Source: Spirochaetia bacterium
GTDB taxonomy: Bacteria > Spirochaetota > Spirochaetia > UBA9216
Assembly (NCBI GenBank): GCA_963677925.2
Contig: CAXXYH010000003.1
Coordinates: 960,001-1,024,000 of the forward strand
Direction of reading: 5' to 3'
Length of the DNA stretch: 64,000 bases
Shown here: piece by piece, positions 30,334-40,180 of the stretch
How the letters are laid out: each line of letters opens with the position of its first letter
Numbering within the stretch: position 1 is the first letter of the stretch
Program-made: the position numbers and the translations under genes
Notes under the pieces: generated by a model
Told to the model about the DNA's origin: nothing
Seen by the model: only the letters and a program-made list of their open reading frames with translations
Databases searched by the model: none

Positions 30334-31653
30334 CTAAATAAATCCCATTGCCCGGGCCTGACCGCTCAATTCTTCCCTGAAATCAGGATGAGCTATTTCA
30401 ATAAGCTGCTTTGTCCTGGAGCTTACGGTCCGCCCTCTCAGGTGGGCCACTCCGTACTCGGTTACAACATAGTCAATATCGTGTCTTGGAACAGAAACTA
30501 TCGAACCCGGTGTTAAAGTCGGCGTTATGGTCGATATTGATCCGCCTTTGGCTGTTGAACGCAGGGCTATAATTCCTTTTCCATTCCTGCTCATAACTGC
30601 ACCCCGGTGAGTATCCAGCTGTCCGCCGGTACCGGAGAACTGAGTGGTACCGATAGACTCGGAACAGACCTGTCCGGTCATATCAACTGAAAGCGCTGTA
30701 TTTATGCTTATCATGTTGTCATTCTGAGCAATGACATAGGGGTTGTTAACATAGCTGCCTTTAAGCAGCAGAACACCCGGATTATTGTCTATCCAGTCAT
30801 ACATATTCTGAGTTCCCATAGCAAAAGTACAGACAAATTTGCCGGGCCAGAAATTCTTGCGAAGGTTTGTAACAACTCCCTCTTCAAATAGTTCAATCAT
30901 TGATTCGGTAAACATCTCGGTATGGATTCCCAGATCCTTTTTACCTTTAAGAAGTTTAGCTACGGCATTTGGAATTCCTCCGATGCCAATCTGAAGAGTC
31001 GAGCCGTCACCGACAAGTTCTGCAATATGTGCAGCTATCTGTTCTTCTGTTTCACTGGGCTGGGGAATTGGTATGGTGGGAAGCGGATTCTCATATTCTA
31101 CAATCGCATCAACCTGAGATATATGAACCTGAGTCTCTCCATGCATGTACGGTACTCTAGGGTTAACTTCAAGTATGATTTTATCGGCGAGTGCCATTAC
31201 TTCATGCTCATAGACATTGGAAATACCGAGGTTGAAATATCCAGATTTAGCCTGCATCGGTGTAACAGCACCCCAGAAAACAAGATAATTCCCCTCCTCT
31301 TTCTCGGCCATAGCCTTTTCAAGTCCTGCCCGATGGAGGTTATTAGGCATATAATCTACAATTTTATATCCGAGTTTCGCAGCCTTTCTTGTTGAAGGAC
31401 CGAAAAACCAGTTGTCGTTACAGAATTTACCTTCGTATTTTTTTTCCTGACAGAACGGAAAATCTCCCAGATTCAGACAGGAGCCGACCTTCAGAAAATC
31501 AAAATTATCCTCATATTTATGAACCTGTGTAAGAAAGCCCTGGGCTTCCATGGCGGCCATTCCAACGATTACCGTAGCTTTTCTCGGTAATGTTTTAACA
31601 GCTTCTTCGATTGATTTAAATTTTTTCTTATATTCATCTTCCCACTTTGTCAT
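30334..31653 (-). CDS. Acetyl-CoA hydrolase/transferase family CoA transferase (4-hydroxybutyrate CoA-transferase-like)
   Basis: LQIGIGGIPN, GIHTEMF, SGTGGQLD, VVTEYGVAHLRG, IAHPDFREEL; start moved to ATG 31653 behind GGAGGT. Confidence 0.9.
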   Translation of the reverse strand: MTKWEDEYKKKFKSIEEAVKTLPRKATVIVGMAAMEAQGFLTQVHKYEDNFDFLKVGSCLNLGDFPFCQEKKYEGKFCNDNWFFGPSTRKAAKLGYKIVDYMPNNLHRAGLEKAMAEKEEGNYLVFWGAVTPMQAKSGYFNLGISNVYEHEVMALADKIILEVNPRVPYMHGETQVHISQVDAIVEYENPLPTIPIPQPSETEEQIAAHIAELVGDGSTLQIGIGGIPNAVAKLLKGKKDLGIHTEMFTESMIELFEEGVVTNLRKNFWPGKFVCTFAMGTQNMYDWIDNNPGVLLLKGSYVNNPYVIAQNDNMISINTALSVDMTGQVCSESIGTTQFSGTGGQLDTHRGAVMSRNGKGIIALRSTAKGGSISTITPTLTPGSIVSVPRHDIDYVVTEYGVAHLRGRTVSSRTKQLIEIAHPDFREELSGQARAMGFI

Positions 31654-31670
31654 AGTACCTCCAATTATGC

Positions 31671-31713
31671 ATGAATCACCTCTCATTTTAAGGCTATAAA
31701 TTCTATCTGTCAA
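31671..31713 (-). promoter_or_regulatory. Promoter plus cluster operator copy 1 (CoA transferase)
   Basis: TTGACA(31713-08)-N17-TAAAAT(31690-85) overlapping ATGAGAGGTGATTCAT(31686-71). Confidence 0.85.
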
Positions 31714-31728
31714 GTTTTTATATGCTTA

Positions 31729-32871
31729 TCAGCTTTTAAGGCCGCTGCACATGGGTCCTGCAAGTTCTTTTACGACCTCAACAGGATCTTCGATATTTCC
31801 GCTGAAATAAAATTCAATACCAAGAAAATGCGCAATACCGATAAGAAAGTTCGATGCAACAACCTTGTCATCGATACGAATATCTGTCAGATTTTTAAGG
31901 TATCCGCTCTCAAATTTATTGTAATATTCTCGGGCAGTAGGCCTGATTATAAACTCGGCTTCCCGCACTATCTGATAATTTTGAATATGTGTTTCAAAGT
32001 ATTTCAGAAAAATAATCATCCCCTGAAGCTCAGCTTCCATACGTCCAAGATCTCTGGACAGATAGATGGAAATATATTTTCGAAGCTGTACTCCGAAAAA
32101 CAGGACAACTTCTCTGAAAAACTCTTCCTTGCTGCTGAAATAAATATAAAAGGTCCCTACCGCATAACCGGCAGCCCGCGTTATTTCATAGATATTGACC
32201 TTATAAAAGCTGTGTTCGGCAATGAGCTTGGTCCCTGCCAGAATCAGTTTGGTCCTGGTATCACAGTCATCCATAGAATCTGCAGCGGAGGGGGCTTCAA
32301 TTTTCAGGAAATCAAAGTCTGCCGGCGGATCAACCGAAAATATTCCCTGATATACAAGGTCTTTTAAAAACTCTGCCGTTACATGATCCCGTGTAAAGCA
32401 GGGCCGTCTAAGAAGAAAACGGATACTCCCTACTATATAGAGGTACTCGCTGATCTTCATATCCCTGCCGTAAACAGCTTTCAGTACAGACAGGTATATA
32501 TCCCTCAGTCTCCGCTCATACTCGGGAAACCGGTACTCACCTTCGCGGAAAATATTGATATAAGCGAGGTCATTGCTGTTGCTTTCAAGAATAAGACTGA
32601 AAAAGGAAACAAGACGCTGTTCAACACTATCTCCGTTTAAACGGGTAAAACGCTTAGCATGAATCTCAAGAAACTCATCGAGTATGGCGGTGAATATTTC
32701 TTCCTTGTTTTTAAAATATCGATAAAAAACACCGTTGGACAGCTCAGCCGAACGGCAGATCTCTGCTATTGAAATAGCATCATACCAATTCTCTGAAAAA
32801 AGCATTGTAGCCGATGCTATAAGTTTTTCCCGGGTGATGGTTTTTCTGTCTTTATCTGCCGTCGAACTCAA
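31729..32871 (-). CDS. Tandem (double) TetR/AcrR family regulator
   Basis: Two TetR HTHs: SIAEICRSAELSNGVFYRYFKNKEEIF and NIYEITRAAGYAVGTFYIYFSSKEEFF; probable TTG start at 32871 behind GGAG. Confidence 0.9.
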   Translation of the reverse strand: MSSTADKDRKTITREKLIASATMLFSENWYDAISIAEICRSAELSNGVFYRYFKNKEEIFTAILDEFLEIHAKRFTRLNGDSVEQRLVSFFSLILESNSNDLAYINIFREGEYRFPEYERRLRDIYLSVLKAVYGRDMKISEYLYIVGSIRFLLRRPCFTRDHVTAEFLKDLVYQGIFSVDPPADFDFLKIEAPSAADSMDDCDTRTKLILAGTKLIAEHSFYKVNIYEITRAAGYAVGTFYIYFSSKEEFFREVVLFFGVQLRKYISIYLSRDLGRMEAELQGMIIFLKYFETHIQNYQIVREAEFIIRPTAREYYNKFESGYLKNLTDIRIDDKVVASNFLIGIAHFLGIEFYFSGNIEDPVEVVKELAGPMCSGLKS

Positions 32872-33619
32872 TAAGTATCTCCATGAAAAGCGCAGGATCT
32901 TCAATCATCAGAGAGTGGCCTACATGACTGATCTCTTTGTAATCACCATGGAAAGCTTCGGCTGTCTGCCTTCCCATATCCTCAGTGATTAGAGGATCAA
33001 GTGCACCGCGTACAAATAAAACCGGCTCACTGAATTTTGATGCTTCAGTGCTGTAATCAGCACGCTCAAGGGCCCTTGGGTTTCCCGCATAGGATAATTT
33101 ATTCATTAACATAGCTTCATCTGCTAAAAGATTCAAGATATCCTCATCCTTACAGGTTGGAACCATAGCGGCGATGGCGGCCTTTATCATATCACGGTTG
33201 GTCTTATACAGTTCAATGACACTGTAATGCTCTTCCGGAGTTTTAAGACCGTATACAGGGCCGGAATCAATAAGCAGCAGTTTCCCGACCTTCTCAGGAT
33301 AATGCAGGCCGAGAGCCATGGCGACAGGACCTCCAAGTGAATGACCGACAACCAGACATCCCGAAATTTCAAGTTCATCCAGAAGATCATTCAGGTAATC
33401 TGCATATAAATTGATATCAGATTCTTCAATCTGATCCGAACGTCCGAAATTAATCATATCAGGAGCGATAGTCCGGTATCCGGGAATATCCATTACTTCC
33501 CGGAACCAGACATGGGATCCTGTATTACCATGGATATAAAGAACCGGGCTGCCCTCACCTTTTTCCTGATAATACAGTTTGTGATTCTTAATACTTATGT
33601 ATTTGCCCGGTTTATCCAT
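32852..33619 (-). CDS. Alpha/beta serine hydrolase (esterase/depolymerase-like)
   Basis: IHGNTGS oxyanion region, GHSLGG nucleophile, Asp in ALDPL, His in VGHS. Confidence 0.88.
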   Translation of the reverse strand: MDKPGKYISIKNHKLYYQEKGEGSPVLYIHGNTGSHVWFREVMDIPGYRTIAPDMINFGRSDQIEESDINLYADYLNDLLDELEISGCLVVGHSLGGPVAMALGLHYPEKVGKLLLIDSGPVYGLKTPEEHYSVIELYKTNRDMIKAAIAAMVPTCKDEDILNLLADEAMLMNKLSYAGNPRALERADYSTEASKFSEPVLFVRGALDPLITEDMGRQTAEAFHGDYKEISHVGHSLMIEDPALFMEILIEFDGR

Positions 33620-33640
33620 CTTTACATCCTTATTTGAATT

Positions 33641-34342
33641 CTATATTCCCAGATAAGCCTGCAGAACATGCGGATCGTTAGCCAGCTTTTCTGACGAATT
33701 CTCCATAATTATACTTCCGTTTTCCAGTATATACCCTCTGTCAACTGCCCGGAGGCTTTCCTTTACATTCTGCTCTGTAACCAGAACAGAAATATCCTTC
33801 TTCATGTCCTTCAGTATTGTAAATAATTCAGAAACGATCGAAGGCTGAAGCCCCAGAGAAGGTTCATCAAGGATAAGAAGCTTCGGAATCGACATAAGGG
33901 ATCGGCCGATTGCCAGCTGACGCTGCTGACCGCCGCTCATGGTCCCTGCATGCTGAGCCTTCCGCTCCTTAAGGATCGGAAAGATTGCATAAACTTTCTC
34001 AAGCATTTCTTCCTGCCTAGTCTTCGCATGCGGAATAAATGAAGAACCTAAAAGAAGGTTCTCATAAACTGAAAGAAAGGGAAAAAGCTCCCTTTCCTGG
34101 GGAACCAGGGCTATGCCCGACCGTGCAACCAGATGAGTTTCCATGCCGGTTACAGGCTTTCCGTCAAAAATAATTTCACCTGAAGCAGGCTTTACCATAC
34201 CCATAACAGCGTTAATCAGGGTTGTTTTTCCTGCACCGTTGGGGCCGAAAAGTCCGACAGATTCTTCACCGATCGACATGCTGAGATCTCTGATTACATG
34301 CAGCTTTCCGTAATAACAGTTAAGATTTTTTATTTCAAGCAT
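33641..34342 (-). CDS. Liv-type ABC transporter ATP-binding subunit (LivF-like)
   Basis: GPNGAGKT, MSGGQQRQLA, LILDEPSLGL. Confidence 0.93.
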   Translation of the reverse strand: MLEIKNLNCYYGKLHVIRDLSMSIGEESVGLFGPNGAGKTTLINAVMGMVKPASGEIIFDGKPVTGMETHLVARSGIALVPQERELFPFLSVYENLLLGSSFIPHAKTRQEEMLEKVYAIFPILKERKAQHAGTMSGGQQRQLAIGRSLMSIPKLLILDEPSLGLQPSIVSELFTILKDMKKDISVLVTEQNVKESLRAVDRGYILENGSIIMENSSEKLANDPHVLQAYLGI

Positions 34343-35061
34343 CAGAGTGCACCTCCGAGATAAGCTTTGATTACTTCAGGATTCTGAACAACCTTTTCGT
34401 ACGGGCCTTCTGCAATCAGTTCTCCGGAATCAAGAACAACAACCCTGGTGGTAGTTTCCTTGATAACACCCATAACATGCTCAACAACCCCTATTCCCAG
34501 ATTCTGTTCAACAGCTATCTTCTTTACAAGATCGATAACATTATGTGTTTCATCGGCATTAAGCCCTGCCATGATTTCATCAAGGAACAGAATCGTCGGA
34601 CCGGTGGAAAGTGCATGGGCAATTTCCATCATCTTTATTTCAAGAATATTAAGCTTACTGACAGGCCTTGTAATATTTTTCAGACCAAGGTAATCACAGA
34701 GTTTTTCAGTCTCTGCGGCGGCTTTACGCTGCGACATACCCTGCGCAAACACAAAACCTACCATTATATTCTCTTTTAAACTGAGATTCTCGAGCGGGTG
34801 TATAAGCTGATATGTACGGGCTATACCCATTCTTGCTCTCAGATGCGGAGCCATATAAGAGATATCCACACCGTTGAAGTGGATGGTTCCTGATGTGGGA
34901 TTTATAACTCCCGAGATCAGGTTAATAAGCGTTGTCTTACCTGCTCCGTTCGGTCCGATTATACCGACGATTTCACCGCGTGATATTGTCAGATCAACAC
35001 CGTTAACAGCCTGCAGACCGCCGAAGCGCTTGGTTAAACTTTTGATTTCGAGATCAGCCAT
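34342..35061 (-). CDS. Liv-type ABC transporter ATP-binding subunit (LivG-like)
   Basis: KRFGGLQAV, GPNGAGKT, LFLDE, VEHVM, VIKAYLG. Confidence 0.93.
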   Translation of the reverse strand: MADLEIKSLTKRFGGLQAVNGVDLTISRGEIVGIIGPNGAGKTTLINLISGVINPTSGTIHFNGVDISYMAPHLRARMGIARTYQLIHPLENLSLKENIMVGFVFAQGMSQRKAAAETEKLCDYLGLKNITRPVSKLNILEIKMMEIAHALSTGPTILFLDEIMAGLNADETHNVIDLVKKIAVEQNLGIGVVEHVMGVIKETTTRVVVLDSGELIAEGPYEKVVQNPEVIKAYLGGAL

Positions 35062-35987
35062 TATTTTGCCTCCCTTGAAAATCTTGATTTAATCAGGCCG
35101 GTGATTCCGGCAGGCATAACAAGTATAACAAACACAATAATGAGTCCGTAAACAATCAGATGACCGTATGGTATATAGAGCTTTAGGTACTCCGAAACTA
35201 TTCCAAGCAGAAGGGCGCCTACAACCGGGCCCCATGTTCCGTACATTCCGCCCAGCAGCGACATGGCCAAAGGCAGAAGGGTGTAGTCAGAACTGAAGCT
35301 GCTGTCCGGAGTTACAAAACCGTACATCTGGGCATAAACACCGCCGGCAAGGCCCTGTATACCTGAAGTAATACCGAATACGACTACAAGATACATAAAG
35401 ATATTTATTCCGCTGGTTCTTGCTACAATTTCATTATTACGGATTGAAGTAAGGGCCAGGTGAAACTTTGAACGCTCAAAATACATAGATGCGGCAATGG
35501 CTCCTATAGCGAGGGCAAGGGTCAGAAAGTACATTCCGTAGGAATTACCGCCGAAGATTACATCTTTTAAAACAAGACCTTCAGGTCCTCCGGTAACATC
35601 ATTCCAGTTCCTGATGATTATTTTGAAAATTTCGGCAGCTGCAAGAGTCGTTATCGCAAAATACATACCCCGGAGCCTCAATACTATGAATCCCATACCA
35701 AATGCCACAAGACCGACAAGAACTCCACCAATCAGGATAGACGGTAAAGCTGGAATACCAAGTTTAAGACAAAGCAATGCAGAAAAATAGCTGCCGATTC
35801 CGAAAAATCCGGCAATACCGAATGACAGCTGTCCGGAACGAATCAGCATATCCCAGCTTACAGCCAGCGCCATATAAGTCATCACTGTACGTGCTATTGA
35901 CTGAGGATATGGACCTGAAAAAAGCGGAAACAGTATTGCAAACACCGCTACTAAAGCGGCAGGAATTATCATTTTCAGGTTTTTCAC
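35061..35987 (-). CDS. Liv-type ABC transporter permease (LivM-like)
   Basis: GQLSFG, LRLRGMYFAITTLA, TGGPEG, LGGMYGTWGP; GTG start. Confidence 0.92.
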   Translation of the reverse strand: MKNLKMIIPAALVAVFAILFPLFSGPYPQSIARTVMTYMALAVSWDMLIRSGQLSFGIAGFFGIGSYFSALLCLKLGIPALPSILIGGVLVGLVAFGMGFIVLRLRGMYFAITTLAAAEIFKIIIRNWNDVTGGPEGLVLKDVIFGGNSYGMYFLTLALAIGAIAASMYFERSKFHLALTSIRNNEIVARTSGINIFMYLVVVFGITSGIQGLAGGVYAQMYGFVTPDSSFSSDYTLLPLAMSLLGGMYGTWGPVVGALLLGIVSEYLKLYIPYGHLIVYGLIIVFVILVMPAGITGLIKSRFSREAK

Positions 35988-36910
35988 AGTTTCCTCCCCT
36001 TTAACGAACGGCTTAGAATTACAACAACAATAAGAACAAAGAATATTATATTTGACCAGCCGCTGAAGCCTCTGAATGATGAGATGAAACTTTCAGCTAC
36101 ACCAAGTCCTATACTTCCCAGAAGTACTGCAGGAAGATTTCCTATTCCGGCCATTGCAACCAGACAGAAAGATTTCATGGTGAAGGGTCCTCCGGCTGTG
36201 GGAAATATTGACATCTTTGTGAGAAAGAATGCGCCCATGATTCCAAGAAGTGCTGATGATATTGAAAAAATAAGCATGTATGTTAAATGTACATTAATTC
36301 CGACTATTGCGGCGCCTCTTGGATTCTGGCCGACGGCAAGTGCTGCCTGACCAATCCTGGTCTTCTTAAGAAAAAGAAGGAGGCCGACAAGCATGATAAC
36401 AGCCACCGCAACAAAAATAAAATCGTAGGTACCGAAACTCAATTCACCGATTTTGGCAGAAGCCGTTACATAATCGAGTGAGAGTTTTCTCGGCTGTGAT
36501 GTTGCAAAAAGGTTGATCCCCTGACTGATGACCATTGCAATACCGAATGTAAGTATCAGCTGATTAAGCTCGGGTGCGCTTATTGCTCTTTTAATAGTAA
36601 TCTGATAAAGGATTGCTCCGATTACGAACATTACAGCTGCCGTAAGAAACATTGCAATAAGAGGATCAATACCAGTCATCCTGCTTATGTTATAGGTCAT
36701 GTAGGCCGCAAGAATCATCAGCTCGCCGTGGGCAAGGTTGACGATGTGAACAATTCCAAGGACAAGAGCCATTGGAAGAGCAATAGCCGCATACAGACCG
36801 GCTCTCTGGACACCGAATATCAGAACAGTCGGTTTCCATATAAGCAGAATCACTGCAATAATGATGGATAGCGCTACCGGTACAATTACCTTTAGCTTTC
36901 TATTCGACAT
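35984..36910 (-). CDS. Liv-type ABC transporter permease (LivH-like)
   Basis: IVNLAHGE, KTRIGQA, AAIVGIN. Confidence 0.92.
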   Translation of the reverse strand: MSNRKLKVIVPVALSIIIAVILLIWKPTVLIFGVQRAGLYAAIALPMALVLGIVHIVNLAHGELMILAAYMTYNISRMTGIDPLIAMFLTAAVMFVIGAILYQITIKRAISAPELNQLILTFGIAMVISQGINLFATSQPRKLSLDYVTASAKIGELSFGTYDFIFVAVAVIMLVGLLLFLKKTRIGQAALAVGQNPRGAAIVGINVHLTYMLIFSISSALLGIMGAFFLTKMSIFPTAGGPFTMKSFCLVAMAGIGNLPAVLLGSIGLGVAESFISSFRGFSGWSNIIFFVLIVVVILSRSLKGRKL

Positions 36911-36937
36911 ATAAATTCTCCTGTGGATGGGTGAAAG

Positions 36938-36963
36938 AGGGAAACCTCAGCTGAGGTTTCCCT
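36938..36963. repeat. Perfect 26-bp palindrome (stem-loop) between binding-protein and permease genes
   Basis: AGGGAAACCTCAG/CTGAGGTTTCCCT. Confidence 0.8.
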
Positions 36964-36978
36964 TCTTTTTAAAAGATA

Positions 36979-38202
36979 TTATCTTTTGCCCCAGGGTGTA
37001 AACGGGTAAACAGGTGCGGCTGTTGCGTATTCGAACGGCCATATAACTTCCTGTGAACCATTCTGCCACTGCAGAATTTTCTGGTTTCTGATTCCCTGGT
37101 TCTGAATTACATTTGACGGGCTGAAAGTGATGGTTTCTCCAAGAGGAGATTCATAGCTTGTTTTCTTTGTAGCTGCTACGAGAGCTTCGGTATCAAGTGT
37201 ACCTGCTCTTTCAATAGCTTCTGCAACAATGTAAACAGCTGAGTATGAAAGCGGTGCAAAGTATGTAGCCGGAACATTACCGTATTTAGCCTTGTATCCT
37301 GCTGTAAAGTTTTTACTTACATCACTTACCTTGTCGATTGAAGGTGCCCACATACCGTAGAGAGTTACGTTTTCTGCAAGTGCAGAATCACCGAAGTCTG
37401 AAGGCCATCCTGGAGGAGCTCCAACGTACAGAGGAGGATTAAAATCCATGGCTTTTGACTGTTCCATCAGAGGAAGAGCGTCTGCATCATAACCTGCCCA
37501 GATGAATACATCAGGCTTGTAGGCTTTTGCATGCTCAATTACTGCACTGTAATCTCCGCCGCCTGCTGCTGCTGACTGGAATGACTCTCCGTCGATGTCC
37601 ATGTCTGCAAAAAGGTACTTGGTTGCATCAAATGAAGCCTTGCCGAAAGGACCTTCTTCATAAGCGAGGAACCATCTGTCAATTTTAATCTGGGGGAATT
37701 TTTCAGCAATTGCAGCCCAGCCTTCTACATAGCTTGCGCCCTGGTTGTAGTCCCATGGATGAAGATGGAAATACCAGTCGGCATCTGCGCCCATTGCTTC
37801 TTCTGCAGTGTGGGAAGCCGCACCTGTCCAAACGGTAAGTTTCTTATACTTTTTAAGTGTAGGAATCTGACCAAGATGAACACCGCTGGACATACCGCCG
37901 ATGAAAACATCTACATTTTCTACTGTCGCAAGTCTCTCAAGAGCTGCGGCACCCTTCTCAGGTTTGAACTCACTGTCAATTACGACCAGTTCAAGAGGTC
38001 TTCCAAGAACACCGCCGTTCTTATTGATCTCATCAACTGCGAGCTGAGCAGCCTTGCTTCCCTGATCTCCGGTTATATCAGCAAGCGGCCATACACCACC
38101 AAGCTTAATCGGATCTTTTCCACCTTCCTGTTGTCCGCCGGCAAACAGTACTGCAGTACTGAGCAGAAGAACTGCAAGAAGCATTAGCTTTCGCATTGTC
38201 AT
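36979..38202 (-). CDS. Liv-type ABC transporter substrate-binding protein
   Basis: Signal ending LFAGGQQE; IKLG, LAVDEINKNGGVLGRPLELV, AEAIERAG; start at 38202 or 38196 behind GGAGGT. Confidence 0.92.
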   Translation of the reverse strand: MTMRKLMLLAVLLLSTAVLFAGGQQEGGKDPIKLGGVWPLADITGDQGSKAAQLAVDEINKNGGVLGRPLELVVIDSEFKPEKGAAALERLATVENVDVFIGGMSSGVHLGQIPTLKKYKKLTVWTGAASHTAEEAMGADADWYFHLHPWDYNQGASYVEGWAAIAEKFPQIKIDRWFLAYEEGPFGKASFDATKYLFADMDIDGESFQSAAAGGGDYSAVIEHAKAYKPDVFIWAGYDADALPLMEQSKAMDFNPPLYVGAPPGWPSDFGDSALAENVTLYGMWAPSIDKVSDVSKNFTAGYKAKYGNVPATYFAPLSYSAVYIVAEAIERAGTLDTEALVAATKKTSYESPLGETITFSPSNVIQNQGIRNQKILQWQNGSQEVIWPFEYATAAPVYPFTPWGKR

Positions 38203-38225
38203 ATCTACCTCCAAAAAAATGATAA

Positions 38226-38272
38226 CTGAATCTTCTCTCATTTATTATTGAATGACTATTTGCCGTTGTCAA
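38226..38272 (-). promoter_or_regulatory. Promoter plus cluster operator copy 2 (ABC operon)
   Basis: TTGACA(38272-67)-N17-AATAAT(38249-44), then ATGAGAGAAGATTCAG(38241-26). Confidence 0.8.
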
Positions 38273-38280
38273 GAAAAAAC

Positions 38281-38327
38281 TTGCGTCAAAACTGCCCTGA
38301 TGTTAATATTTTTGAGAGGTGATTCAG
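38281..38327 (+). promoter_or_regulatory. Promoter plus cluster operator copy 3 (alpha/beta hydrolase)
   Basis: TTGCGT(38281-86)-N17-TAATAT(38304-09, extended TG), then TTGAGAGGTGATTCAG(38312-27). Confidence 0.8.
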
Positions 38328-38344
38328 TTATTAGGAGGAATTTC

Positions 38345-39166
38345 ATGTCAGAAGTGATGATAAACGGAATAAATATCTATTACGAGGAAAAGGGTGACCC
38401 GACCTCGGGCGCGGCGCTTTTCTTCCTGAACGGCGTTATGGCATCAACCGGAAGCTGGGATCTGATGCTTCCCGTTTTTGAAAAAGCTGGGTTCCGCATA
38501 ATCCTTCATGACTTTCGTGCCCAGCTTAAATCCGGAAAACCCGAACAGACGCCGACATTCGATGAACATGTTGAGGATCTCAAAGGACTGATGGATCATC
38601 TTGGAATTTCAAGAGCATCATTTATAGGAACAAGCTACGGCGGCGAGGTTTTCATGTACTTTGCGGCTAAATACCCGCAGAAATGCTCCTCAGGTGTGAT
38701 CATCGATTCTGTGAGCGAATTAAGTCCCCTGCTTGAAGCGGCTGTAGGTTCATGGCTGACAGCTGCAGAACTCGGCAATGGCGAAGCATTCTATAACATC
38801 ATGCTTCCATGGCTTTACAGCAGCAGCTATCTTAAGAATAACCGTGATTTTCTCCTGCAGAGAGGAAGTCAGATGAACAGCCTGCCCGCAGATTACTTCA
38901 GCGGACAGGCGGATCTCTACCGTACTTTTCTTACTGTGGACATCACTTCCAGACTTCATGAGATAACAGCACCAGTTCTTGTATTGTGCGGTAAAGAAGA
39001 TATACTGAAACCGCCGACCTTTTCAGAAATAATTGCTGATAATATTCCTTCGGGAGAATTTATTTTAATCCCGGACTGCGGGCATGTGGCAATATTTGAA
39101 AAAGCCCATGAACTGAACGAACTGATCATGGGCTTTTATGAAAGGAAAAGACTTATCCCATCCTGA
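38345..39166 (+). CDS. Alpha/beta serine hydrolase (enol-lactonase/esterase-like)
   Basis: LNGVMAS, HDFRAQ, GTSYGG, EDILKP, CGHVA; start moved to ATG 38345 behind AGGAGG. Confidence 0.88.
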   Translation: MSEVMINGINIYYEEKGDPTSGAALFFLNGVMASTGSWDLMLPVFEKAGFRIILHDFRAQLKSGKPEQTPTFDEHVEDLKGLMDHLGISRASFIGTSYGGEVFMYFAAKYPQKCSSGVIIDSVSELSPLLEAAVGSWLTAAELGNGEAFYNIMLPWLYSSSYLKNNRDFLLQRGSQMNSLPADYFSGQADLYRTFLTVDITSRLHEITAPVLVLCGKEDILKPPTFSEIIADNIPSGEFILIPDCGHVAIFEKAHELNELIMGFYERKRLIPS

Positions 39167-40172
39167 TTACACAGGCAGCCCAGACAAAGCCTATACCGCC
39201 TGCAACAAAGACAACATTGTCTCCGTCTTTAATTCTGCCCAGTTTCAATCCTTCTTCAAGTGAAATCAGCTGGTCGTTCTGGCCTATATGGCCGTAATCT
39301 TCAAGATAAAAACTCTGTTCCGGTTTTAGATTGAATTCGTTTAGAAATGCTTCGTGCGTCCTGCGGTTGAAATGCAGAATACCAAGATAATCCAGACCTG
39401 AATCATCAAGCCCTGACTGCTCCAGAGACTCCCTTATAACAGCATAGAAATTGGGAACTGTTACCTCCTTGAGTTTCTCTTTAAAAAGATCATTATCCTC
39501 GATTGTGAAATACATCTTTTCTGCGTCTTCCGGCTTCATCGGCCAGTGTTTCGTGCCGCCGTATTTTACAGTACAGAGTTCAGAAAAACTTCCGTCGCCC
39601 TTGAAAGAAGATCCCATCAGGATATTCTTTTCGTAGCCGCCCTGAAGAATGGCCGCGCTTCCGCCGGCTCCAAGGTCGTACATAAAGGTAGTTTCAGAGA
39701 CCTTGTAATTAATAAAATCCCCGTTGCGGTATCCGCTGGCAAGAAGAACTGTTTTACATCGGCCTGAAGCGATAAGGCCCCTGGCTACTTCAAACCCGCT
39801 GATCATCGAACCGCACATAGCCTCCATATCGAATGACCAGGCGTTTTTAGCACCAAGCTTATCGGCAATATTAAGACCGGCAAGCCAGCAGACATAATCC
39901 TTATGCTGACCGCCGTTGTAAATAACGCAGTCAATAGCCATGGGATCTATATCCGCCATGGCTATAGCTTTTCTGGAAGCCTCCAGCGCCATAAATGCGG
40001 TTGTCTCATGCTCCTGAGCCATAGGCTTGCGTTTAAAACCCAGTTTTTCAATAACTATATTCTCGGGAACCCCGCTCTCTTCAGAGACCTTTGCCGCGTC
40101 CCAGAAAGTTTCAGGAATATACGTTCCCCATCCTCTTAATCCCACACAGGGATTATCAAATTTCATCTGCAT
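39153..40172 (-). CDS. FabH/KAS III-fold enzyme, non-canonical (Cys-His-His plus Asp)
   Basis: AWSFDMEAMCGS, ILHFN, DYGHIGQNDQ, GIGFVW. Confidence 0.88.
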   Translation of the reverse strand: MQMKFDNPCVGLRGWGTYIPETFWDAAKVSEESGVPENIVIEKLGFKRKPMAQEHETTAFMALEASRKAIAMADIDPMAIDCVIYNGGQHKDYVCWLAGLNIADKLGAKNAWSFDMEAMCGSMISGFEVARGLIASGRCKTVLLASGYRNGDFINYKVSETTFMYDLGAGGSAAILQGGYEKNILMGSSFKGDGSFSELCTVKYGGTKHWPMKPEDAEKMYFTIEDNDLFKEKLKEVTVPNFYAVIRESLEQSGLDDSGLDYLGILHFNRRTHEAFLNEFNLKPEQSFYLEDYGHIGQNDQLISLEEGLKLGRIKDGDNVVFVAGGIGFVWAACVIRMG

Positions 40173-40180
40173 AGTTTCCT

